Source: a virus
Virus record (IMG/VR): IMGVR_UViG_3300037502_001802
DNA: 39,073 nucleotides
Reading direction: 5' to 3' (one strand)
Part shown: one piece after another, positions 25,422 through 32,428 of the stretch
How the letters are laid out: every line of letters starts with the position of its first letter
Position numbering within the stretch: position 1 is the stretch's first letter
Notes under the pieces: generated by a model
Told to the model about the DNA's origin: nothing
Seen by the model: only the letters and a program-made list of their open reading frames with translations
Database searches by the model: none
Program-made: the position numbers and the translations under genes

Positions 25422-28200
25422 CTACGAAGAATTTATAAAAACAAAACAGTTCGAAGACGTTAAAAGCGGTTTTGAGCCCGGCGCACTGAACCCGAACCTG
25501 TTCGAGTTCCAAGAAGCCATTACCCGATGGGCACTGCGCCGTGGCCGCGCTGCGATATTTGCCAATACCGGACTAGGCAAAACCCTGATGCAAATGGCAT
25601 GGGCCGATGAGGTATGCGAGCATACAGGCGGGCGCGTTCTCGTTGTTGCGCCTTTGGCTGTCGCTAAGCAATCCGTAAACGAGGCGGCAAAGTTTGGCAT
25701 TACAGCGCAGTACGTCCGTGAGCAGCCTTCTGGCAAGTTTTCCGAAATCCTGGTCACTAACTATGAAATGCTTGAAAAGTTCGACCTATCGACGTTTGAG
25801 GGCGTTGTTCTGGATGAATCCAGCATCATCAAGAACCGTGACGGCAAGACGCGCAAAGCAATCATTGAGTCCTGCCAGCGCGTGCCGTATCGCTTGAGCT
25901 GCACCGCAACCCCGAGCCCAAACGATTACATGGAGCTGGGTAACCAATCTGAGTTTTTGGGCGTCATGGGTATGAATGAAATGCTGGCCATGTTCTTCAC
26001 TCACGATGGTGGAGATACAAGCAAGTGGCGACTAAAGGGCCATGGTGAGCGCAAGTTCTGGGAGTGGATGGCAACTTGGGCTATCACCATCACAAAGCCT
26101 TCTGATCTTGGATTCAGCGACGAGGGCTATGATTTACCGCCGCTGAATATGCATGAGCACATGGTCAAGTCGCCAGAATCTGAAACCGGCCTATTTGTGG
26201 ATATTGCCCGCACGCTTAACGAGCGCCGCCAGGCGAAAAAAGACACACTGGCCGAGCGAGTCGCCAAGGTTGCCGATCTGTGCAATGACAATGATGATCA
26301 GTGGCTGGTTTGGTGCCACACCAATGATGAATCGGCCATGCTCGCAAAAGCCATTGATGGGGCAGTTGAGGTTAAGGGGAGCGATACTGCTGATCACAAA
26401 GAGAGGGCGATAGAGTCATTCATAAATTACGGAAAACAATGTTTTTGTGATAAACTGGCAGAAAATAAGCCGGAGAATTCACAATGCCAGAAAAAACTTA
26501 CCAGCAAAAATACTACGAGCGTAACCGAGAAAAGCGAAAGGCGGAGTCAGCCGAATACCAGCGCAGAAACAGAGAAAAGCGCCGAGAGTACATGCGAGAG
26601 TACGCAAAGCGAAACCGAGACAAGTTCAGCCGAACACCTGAGCAGCAAGCAGAGTACAACGAGCGTAGAAAAGAGCGGTACGCCAACTGCGAGCGTGAGC
26701 GCGCAAAGGCCAGAAAAGCAGCTGCAGACTGGCAACAAAGAAATCCAGAAAAGCGGTTTGCCCAAAGGCTTAGAAAATACGGAATCACCCCTGACCAATA
26801 CTATGCAATGCTCGACGAGCAAGGCGGGTGCTGCGCAATCTGCGGAAGCTCTGACCCAAAAGACGGAAGAACAGAGCGCATGTTCGTCGACCACTGCCAC
26901 GAAACAGGCAGGGTCAGAGGATTGCTTTGCTCGTCCTGCAATCTCGGAATCGGAAAATTTGAGGACAAGCCAGAACTGCTCATGTCAGCAGCAAAATACC
27001 TCGAAAGCCAGAGTTCTGATTAGTAAGCCGTCTATTTTCGGCTTTGGCTTAAATCTACAGATGTGCCAAAACATGGCATTTGTCGGACTGGATGACAGTT
27101 ATGAGCAGATGTATCAAGCCATTCGACGCTGCTGGCGTTTCGGGCAGACTAAGCCAGTAAACGTGCACATTGTGACCGCTGAAGCATTGGGCGCAATAAA
27201 GGCTAATATCGAGAGAAAGGAGAAACAGATGGAGCAAATGCAATTAAGCATGGTCGATCATATGCGCGACGCCATGCAAAAAGAAATCAAAGGCGCGGCA
27301 ATGGAGAAAGATGACTACAATCGCCAGGTTTATGAGGGCCGCGACTTCACCATTCATAACGCGGACTGCGTGCACCTGGCCCGCGAGATTGAATCGGACA
27401 GCGTAGGCTATACAATTTTCAGTCCGCCGTTTGCCAGCCTGTATACGTACAGCAACAGCGACTATGATATGGGCAACGCGAAAGACGACGACCAGTTCTA
27501 TGCGCAGTTTAAATACTTGGTAGCAGAAATGTACCGCATCACAAAGCCGGGCCGGCTGCTTTCATTCCACTGTATGAACTTGCCGACTAGTAAGCAGAAT
27601 GATGGCTATATCGGTATTCGAGACTTCCGTGGCGACCTTATCAAGATGTTTCAGGATGAAGGTTGGATTTATCACTCAGAGGTTTGCATCTGGAAAGACC
27701 CTGTAACCGCCATGCAGCGCACCAAGGCGCTCGGGCTTCTGCATAAGACTATCCGTAAGGACAGTGCCATGAGCCGTCAGGGCATTCCTGATTATCTGGT
27801 AACGATGCGAAAGCCTGGCGAAAACAACGATCCGATCAGCCACACGCACGAAGAATTTCCAGTTCAGTTGTGGCAGCGCTACGCCAGCCCGGTATGGATG
27901 GACATCAACCCCAGCCGCACACTGAATTTTCGTGATGGTCGCGACGAGGACGACGAGCGTCACATTTGCCCGTTGCAGTTGGACGTGATCGAGCGAGGCC
28001 TTGATCTGTGGAGCAAGCCCGGGGATCTGGTGTTCAGCCCGTTCACCGGAATAGGGTCCGAGGGATACTGCGCCGTTAAAAAAGGGCGCCGGTTTATCGG
28101 GTCTGAACTGAAGTCAAGCTATTACGAATTGGCCATCCGCAATATCGAAGAAGCCTATAACACCACCATGGACATGTTCTCAACAGAGGAAACCTCATGA
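25411..28200 (+). CDS. SNF2-family helicase fused to a beta-class N4-C/N6-A DNA methyltransferase, with an internal ~195-codon insertion
   Basis: SNF2 motifs ANTGLGKT (25561-25584), VVLDESS (25804-25824), TATPSPN, RVLISKPSIFGFGLNLQ and QAIRRCWRFGQ. MTase motif IV FSPPF (27418-27432) precedes motif I FSPFTGIGSEG (28033-28065). Confidence 0.8.
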   Translation: MTDNYEEFIKTKQFEDVKSGFEPGALNPNLFEFQEAITRWALRRGRAAIFANTGLGKTLMQMAWADEVCEHTGGRVLVVAPLAVAKQSVNEAAKFGITAQYVREQPSGKFSEILVTNYEMLEKFDLSTFEGVVLDESSIIKNRDGKTRKAIIESCQRVPYRLSCTATPSPNDYMELGNQSEFLGVMGMNEMLAMFFTHDGGDTSKWRLKGHGERKFWEWMATWAITITKPSDLGFSDEGYDLPPLNMHEHMVKSPESETGLFVDIARTLNERRQAKKDTLAERVAKVADLCNDNDDQWLVWCHTNDESAMLAKAIDGAVEVKGSDTADHKERAIESFINYGKQCFCDKLAENKPENSQCQKKLTSKNTTSVTEKSERRSQPNTSAETEKSAESTCESTQSETETSSAEHLSSKQSTTSVEKSGTPTASVSAQRPEKQLQTGNKEIQKSGLPKGLENTESPLTNTMQCSTSKAGAAQSAEALTQKTEEQSACSSTTATKQAGSEDCFARPAISESENLRTSQNCSCQQQNTSKARVLISKPSIFGFGLNLQMCQNMAFVGLDDSYEQMYQAIRRCWRFGQTKPVNVHIVTAEALGAIKANIERKEKQMEQMQLSMVDHMRDAMQKEIKGAAMEKDDYNRQVYEGRDFTIHNADCVHLAREIESDSVGYTIFSPPFASLYTYSNSDYDMGNAKDDDQFYAQFKYLVAEMYRITKPGRLLSFHCMNLPTSKQNDGYIGIRDFRGDLIKMFQDEGWIYHSEVCIWKDPVTAMQRTKALGLLHKTIRKDSAMSRQGIPDYLVTMRKPGENNDPISHTHEEFPVQLWQRYASPVWMDINPSRTLNFRDGRDEDDERHICPLQLDVIERGLDLWSKPGDLVFSPFTGIGSEGYCAVKKGRRFIGSELKSSYYELAIRNIEEAYNTTMDMFSTEETS
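26425..27023 (+). mobile_element. Putative homing-endonuclease insertion (HEG plus its RBS) inside the helicase C-lobe coding sequence
   Basis: Sequence between host FINYG (26419-26433) and RVLISKP (27010 onward). It begins with an AT-rich ~50 nt carrying GGAGA and contains only the HNH ORF. Confidence 0.6.
26484..27023 (+). CDS. HNH endonuclease of the recombination endonuclease VII type (free-standing homing-endonuclease-like)
   Basis: GGCCAICG...MFVDHCHETGRVRGLLCSSCNLGIGKF signature. N-terminal R/K/E/Y/N-rich repeats are typical of phage HNH proteins. GGAGA at 26472-26476, 7 nt upstream of the ATG. Confidence 0.85.
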   Translation: MPEKTYQQKYYERNREKRKAESAEYQRRNREKRREYMREYAKRNRDKFSRTPEQQAEYNERRKERYANCERERAKARKAAADWQQRNPEKRFAQRLRKYGITPDQYYAMLDEQGGCCAICGSSDPKDGRTERMFVDHCHETGRVRGLLCSSCNLGIGKFEDKPELLMSAAKYLESQSSD

Positions 28201-29180
28201 AACTGATCATCGAAAAAGCCACCATCGCATCGGTCATGAAAAAGGCAATCAAGGTCGCCAATCCGAAATCGATGATACCGATCTTGAAGCACGTCGCCAT
28301 CGACTTCGACGGCGAGAAGTGCACCATCACAGCCAACGACACAAGTCGCACATACAGCGAGATGTTCGCGGCTGAGGGCGAAGCGGGCCAATGGACTATT
28401 GAGGCTGACAAGCTGGCCAGGGCTGTTAATGGCATGAAGTCCGGCCCGGTAGAAATAACGCCGGACTACGTAAAGCAAGGCCGAAGCAAAATCAAGCTGG
28501 AATCACTCAAATACTCAGACTTCCCGCAGCCAGATTACGAAAAGGCCGAAGACGCCGGAGTGACTGGAGAACAGCTTGCCGGGGCTCTGGCCACTGTCAG
28601 CCACGCCATGGGCGTTAAGGACGTGCGCCAGTTCCTCCAAGGCGTCCACCTGTGCGAGGGCCACGCCGTAGCCTCTGACGGGCATCGTATGTCGTTTGCT
28701 GATCTGCCGTACACTGGCCCTGACCTGATCATCCCCGCCGACTCCGTGCGCCAGATGATGGACCTGTCAGGCCGGGTCATGGTGTCTGACCGCCAAATGG
28801 TGATTCAGTCAGATACGTGCCGGTTTACAACCTCGCTGGTTGAAGTGAAGTACCCAGACTGGCGACGCATGATCCCGTCAGATTTCAAGGCTACGGCATC
28901 GTTTGGCGCATCAGACATGATCGACGCCATCAGGACGGCTCAGCTTGGCGGAAACACAATGCGGCTGACGTTTGGCCCGGAGTCCGTAGACTTGGCCAGC
29001 GATAGCGCCGAGTCGGCCTGTGACTGCGACTGTGACGCGGAAGCGGAAACGGGATTCATGGGTCAGTATCTGATTGATGCGATACAGGCATCAGGCGAGG
29101 ATCGTGTTCAGATTCAGATTGGAGCGAAAGGCCCGAGCCTGATTAATGGCCGTTTTATTGTGATGCCGGTCAGGTTCTGA
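28197..29180 (+). CDS. dnaN: DNA polymerase III beta sliding clamp homologue (DnaN-like)
   Basis: 327 aa. PILKHVAIDF, ASDGHRMS, KYPDWRRMIP and C-terminal FIVMPVRF parallel bacterial DnaN motifs (PIL..V.., ATDGHRL, FPDY..VIP, MPMRL). ATGA overlap with the upstream gene. Confidence 0.85.
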   Translation: MKLIIEKATIASVMKKAIKVANPKSMIPILKHVAIDFDGEKCTITANDTSRTYSEMFAAEGEAGQWTIEADKLARAVNGMKSGPVEITPDYVKQGRSKIKLESLKYSDFPQPDYEKAEDAGVTGEQLAGALATVSHAMGVKDVRQFLQGVHLCEGHAVASDGHRMSFADLPYTGPDLIIPADSVRQMMDLSGRVMVSDRQMVIQSDTCRFTTSLVEVKYPDWRRMIPSDFKATASFGASDMIDAIRTAQLGGNTMRLTFGPESVDLASDSAESACDCDCDAEAETGFMGQYLIDAIQASGEDRVQIQIGAKGPSLINGRFIVMPVRF

Positions 29181-29185
29181 ATGCC

Positions 29186-29211
29186 ATAAAAAAGCCCTCA
29201 CGGATGAGGGC
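29186..29211 (-). terminator. Rho-independent terminator (minus strand; the hairpin may also stop the plus-strand clamp transcript)
   Basis: Minus strand GCCCTCA-TCCG-TGAGGGC followed by TTTTTT. The plus strand has no T-run after the hairpin. Confidence 0.8.
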
Positions 29212-29500
29212 AAGTCCTGAGATAACACAACAATAAAATCAATCTACCTCGGTGGCCAGGAACTCCTAACCCTTGATTATGTCGCCCTTTCGGGCCGAGC
29301 CGAGATGCCGGTCTTTCCCGGCTGTCAGACAAATCACACCCCTTTTTCGACCTCTTCGCCGCGCCTTGACTATCCCCGCCACCCACGGCGGTTAAGGCTT
29401 CGATCCGGATGGAGTGCTTTGCCTGCGGGTACGTTCCATGAGGAACCAGTTATTAGTCCGACCGCCCGCGCACGGTTACGATTTTAGTCAGTGTGTTCCG
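29186..29500 (-). ncRNA. Candidate structured non-coding RNA or 3'-UTR element downstream of the VRR-NUC gene (unclassified)
   Basis: ~315 nt without a credible ORF in a tightly packed genome. Nested GC-rich hairpins at 29284-29295 (GAAA loop on the minus strand), 29307-29322, 29363-29398 and 29425-29469. Ends in the intrinsic terminator. Confidence 0.35.
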
Positions 29501-29944
29501 TCACTGGCTGGCCGTCAAGTATTCGTTCACCGCCCGCTCCAGGTCGTCGGGATCACGAACGATAACCGCAATCCCGCCAGCCAGCCGCACCTGCTCAAAC
29601 CACTGCCTCTGGTCAGCCGAAACCCGGCCTCCGGTCGTTTTCTTGGTCTCGGCACTGGTGAATACGGCAACGGTGCGGCCTACCATCTCTGGCGTGATCG
29701 TGATGGATGACCAGCCGATGCCGTCGCCACTCCCGACAGCGAGACCCGCCCGCAACGGCCTGGCGTTCCGCACCACCACATCACCCGGATTCAGCCAAAC
29801 ATCATGCCGGTTACTCGGCGTGATTTTTATCACGCGATTTCCGGCCCAGCCGGTGCCGACGTTGTTTCGCATGATTCGAACGATGGCGCCGGGGATTTTC
29901 CCGGCGCGTAGGAGCATTTCTTGCCAGACTCGGGATTCTTTCAT
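29501..29944 (-). CDS. VRR-NUC domain nuclease
   Basis: Start at MKESRVWQ (ATGA overlap with the upstream gene). C-terminal GIGWSSITI...AVFTSAETKKTTGGRVSADQRQWFEQVRLAGGIAVIV fits the VRR-NUC E-x-K / Q..w pattern. Confidence 0.8.
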   Translation of the reverse strand: MKESRVWQEMLLRAGKIPGAIVRIMRNNVGTGWAGNRVIKITPSNRHDVWLNPGDVVVRNARPLRAGLAVGSGDGIGWSSITITPEMVGRTVAVFTSAETKKTTGGRVSADQRQWFEQVRLAGGIAVIVRDPDDLERAVNEYLTASQ

Positions 29945-30144
29945 GATTCCGGCACCTTGAATTTTGAGTAATTTTTCCGGTCGTCGTTGGAATGCTCGAA
30001 ATACATGGCGGTACCTATGTCGCCCTCGTTCATGGTGAAAAAAGCATGGGCTCCGCATTTCGGGCAATCAAGCTGTGACGACCGATCCCAATGAATCTTG
30101 CATTTCGCGCACAGTCTCTGGCGCTCATCTTGGAATTCTTTCAT
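29941..30144 (-). CDS. Small zinc-ribbon protein
   Basis: 67 aa with CAKC...CPKC. 4-nt overlaps with both neighbours. Confidence 0.6.
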   Translation of the reverse strand: MKEFQDERQRLCAKCKIHWDRSSQLDCPKCGAHAFFTMNEGDIGTAMYFEHSNDDRKNYSKFKVPES

Positions 30145-31823
30145 CCTGTCAACCTCTCCTGCCTCGGTGCCTGAAATATCGCATCACTGACCAGCTCTAT
30201 CGACTCCCGCAGCGCCTTCGGTTTCATTCGTCCTACATCTACCTGGCCGATGCCCAGATCCGTCACGGGGTCGCCGTGGCGCTCACGGTATGTCTTCAGT
30301 AGTGCGGTCAGATCGTTTCGGAGCTGGGCTTTTTCCTCACGGGCCTTCAGCACATGCTCTGCCTGCTTCCGGCCCATCCCCGCCGCCTGCAACTGCTCCA
30401 GCGTCCGGGCCGCGCCCTGCTGACGGCGCTGTTCTTTCCTCAGGGTTTCGGCCTCATCCTCAGTGATCTCCCGCAACTCGCCGTCAGTCTGCTGGATCGG
30501 CTTCATCTGGCGGGCCTCGAAAACGTGGTCGCAGGTGCCGCCGCCAGGCAGCGGTAGCCCGCAGACCTTCCGAGGATAATCCACGCCATAACACGCGGGG
30601 CACTGAAGGATATCCAGATCGGGTTCTTCGTCTTTTTTCTTCCCGGCCCGCTTCGGCTTGCCCTCCAGTGACCATTCTCGATCAGCGTCCGGCATTCCGT
30701 GTTTAACCCGGAACTGGCCATCAACAAACTGCCCGACGTTCCCGACGTGATCCAAGATGATGCCGTGGGTTTTACCCATCTCCGGGCACGGCCTCAGCAC
30801 CCGGCCCGCTTGCTGGAGGAACAGAACCAGTGATTCCGTCGCCCGGAGCATAATCGCCACTTCAGCAACGGGTATATCTGTCCCCTCGCTGATCACGTCC
30901 ACCGTGACCAGCCCCTGCAACCGGCCATCGGCGAGCATACGGATACGCTCGTCACGCAAGGCGTCATCCATGTCGCCGATCAGGATCTCGAACCGAAACC
31001 CGGACTCCCGGAACTGGGCCGCGACGTGCTCAGCGTGCTGGACGTTGACGCAGAATACGATGGCCGGCCTGCCCGGGGCGATTCGCCGGTAATGGTCTAC
31101 CGCGTCCCCGGTGATCGACCGGTCATCTGTGGCGGCTGCCAGCTCGTCCTTTTTGTAGTCGCCGCCTTGGTGATGCAGGTTCGACGTGTCAAACCGTGGC
31201 GGCGGGCTGAATACGCGGGGCGGAACCAAGTTGCCCATTTCGATAAGTTCGCGCATGGTCGGGCCGTGAACCATGGCGTCGAAGCAGCCTCCGTAGTCTG
31301 AGCCCAGACCCTGGCCGTCAGTGCGGGCCGGAGTAGCCGTCACGCCGAGGATGCGAGCGTAATCCGCATGTTCCAGAACTCGCGCCCAGGTCCCTGCCGT
31401 GGCGTGATGGGCTTCGTCCACTACGATCAGGGCGGGGCGGAACTGATCCAGCCATGAGAACCGACGCGCCAGCGTTTGCACTGAGGCCACGGCAATATTC
31501 GCCGTCCGATTGATGTAGGGCCTGCCGAATTGCTCAACGTGAGCGCGGCGAATGGCGGCTATTTTGTCGGGCGGGGCGACTACCTGGTGGAAGACGCCAA
31601 GGCTGGCGAGAGACAGGGACGACTGACGGATAAGTTCTTTCCTGTGCTCCAGGATCAGCACTGGGTTGCCCTTCTTCCCTGCCTCGCTGCCGATGTAAAC
31701 GAACGTGTACGTCTTGCCCCCGCCGGTTGGCAGAACATAAAGCACGGCGCGGTTACGGGCTGCGAACGCCGCCCGGATATCCGCCACGCCTGCCTGCTGA
31801 TAGGGGCGTAGGTTGACGGTCAT
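30141..31823 (-). CDS. SF2 DEAD/DEAH-box (ResIII-like) DNA helicase with C-terminal zinc-finger region
   Basis: PTGGGKT (motif I), VVDEAHH (motif II), GVTATP (motif III), QQAGRVLR (motif VI), and CPACYG...C..GGGTCDH. Confidence 0.9.
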   Translation of the reverse strand: MTVNLRPYQQAGVADIRAAFAARNRAVLYVLPTGGGKTYTFVYIGSEAGKKGNPVLILEHRKELIRQSSLSLASLGVFHQVVAPPDKIAAIRRAHVEQFGRPYINRTANIAVASVQTLARRFSWLDQFRPALIVVDEAHHATAGTWARVLEHADYARILGVTATPARTDGQGLGSDYGGCFDAMVHGPTMRELIEMGNLVPPRVFSPPPRFDTSNLHHQGGDYKKDELAAATDDRSITGDAVDHYRRIAPGRPAIVFCVNVQHAEHVAAQFRESGFRFEILIGDMDDALRDERIRMLADGRLQGLVTVDVISEGTDIPVAEVAIMLRATESLVLFLQQAGRVLRPCPEMGKTHGIILDHVGNVGQFVDGQFRVKHGMPDADREWSLEGKPKRAGKKKDEEPDLDILQCPACYGVDYPRKVCGLPLPGGGTCDHVFEARQMKPIQQTDGELREITEDEAETLRKEQRRQQGAARTLEQLQAAGMGRKQAEHVLKAREEKAQLRNDLTALLKTYRERHGDPVTDLGIGQVDVGRMKPKALRESIELVSDAIFQAPRQERLTG

Positions 31824-32074
31824 CCGATCACCCCGATACGCAGCACCTCCTCAACACTGCACCCCCGCGCCCTCTCCGGCAACTTCCCGTCCTTAATCCC
31901 CATATCCACCATGGCGGCCAGCACCCGATTAAACACCTGCTCACGCGGGGCTAGGCCCTTGCGATACCAGCGGCTGGGGGTGACTTCCGGGACGCCTGCG
32001 TTTTGGCACACATCGCGCATGAAGTAGTTTAGGCGACGGAGCAGGGTGTATAGGTTTTCGGTGTCTTTATGCAT
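31820..32074 (-). CDS. Hypothetical small protein (possible HTH)
   Basis: 84-aa ORF that overlaps both neighbours by a few nt. Confidence 0.55.
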   Translation of the reverse strand: MHKDTENLYTLLRRLNYFMRDVCQNAGVPEVTPSRWYRKGLAPREQVFNRVLAAMVDMGIKDGKLPERARGCSVEEVLRIGVIG

Positions 32075-32336
32075 TGGGTTTCTCCAGTTGAGTTAGTAGG
32101 GCGTCGGCGCATCTTATGGAATCGTCAGCGATCTCGCCGTAATCAATAATTCCGTCAGCTGGAATTCCGGCCAGCAATCCCTGCATTGCCAGCCCCGCAA
32201 AGTATTCGCGTTTGGTGAGGCCGCACTGCCAGCGGCCCAGGTCATCAACTCTTACGGTGCCACCGAATTCCGCCATATAGCTTGCGGTTTGAGGGTCAAG
32301 ATCGTTCGGCATCGCCGGCATTTCTGAATTCTTCAT
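32067..32336 (-). CDS. Conserved small phage protein (GLTKREYFAG.AMQGLL motif), function unknown
   Basis: 89 aa. GGAGA RBS 5 nt upstream. First gene of the leftward helicase operon. Confidence 0.65.
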   Translation of the reverse strand: MKNSEMPAMPNDLDPQTASYMAEFGGTVRVDDLGRWQCGLTKREYFAGLAMQGLLAGIPADGIIDYGEIADDSIRCADALLTQLEKPNA

Positions 32337-32365
32337 GTCATTCTCCAGGTTTTCCCGATTTCGTG

Positions 32366-32396
32366 TTGACGATTATTAAACATTGTGTACTAATAT
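32366..32396 (+). promoter_or_regulatory. Candidate sigma70 promoter of the recombination operon
   Basis: TTGACG (32366-32371), 17 nt, ACTAAT (32389-32394). The -10 is bracketed by the inverted repeat CATTG...CAATG. Confidence 0.6.
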
Positions 32397-32400
32397 GCAA
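32372..32400 (-). promoter_or_regulatory. Candidate divergent promoter of the leftward helicase operon
   Basis: Minus strand TTGCAT (32395-32400), 17 nt, AATAAT (32372-32377). Confidence 0.4.
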
Positions 32401-32428
32401 TGCCGAATGACGAAAACGGAGCACGATA

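Noticed and set aside
26434-27010. Group I/II intron or intein as the explanation for the HNH insertion in the helicase gene
   Set aside because: The insertion (~580 bp) is almost entirely HNH ORF plus RBS, leaving no space for a ribozyme core. The HNH is in a different frame from the host. The host-frame junctions show no intein N- or C-terminal splice blocks (Cys/Ser/Thr ... His-Asn-Cys/Ser/Thr). Splicing still needs an experimental check.
26487-27010. The S/T/E/Q-rich middle of the 929-aa protein as a genuine functional domain (e.g. mucin-like or phosphorylation-rich linker)
   Set aside because: Its composition is simply what the purine-rich HNH gene gives when read one base out of phase. 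I treat it as a by-product of the nested gene, although it may still be translated as a loop.
29363-29400. Hairpin CCGCC-GTGGGT-GGCGG followed by GGATAG (minus strand) as a solitary type I-E-like CRISPR repeat (RNA anti-CRISPR idea); also 29456-29487 versus I-C-type repeats
   Set aside because: The only resemblance is a GC stem followed by GGGGATA. It is a single copy, the stem sequence and length do not match I-E consensus repeats, and there is no spacer-repeat periodicity. It could be re-examined once the host CRISPR repeats are known.
29390-29412. GGCTTCGATCC (T-loop-like) as part of a tRNA or a tRNA-derived attP core
   Set aside because: No 5-bp T-stem flanks it. No acceptor, D or anticodon arms can be drawn on either strand. 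No integrase is present to use an attP.
29198-29487. ORFs 29198-29386 (minus, 62 aa) and 29305-29487 (plus, 60 aa) as genes in the convergent gap
   Set aside because: The translations are G/R/S/P-rich and not protein-like. One needs a GTG start without an RBS. One runs into the terminator hairpin. The region is better described as non-coding and structured.
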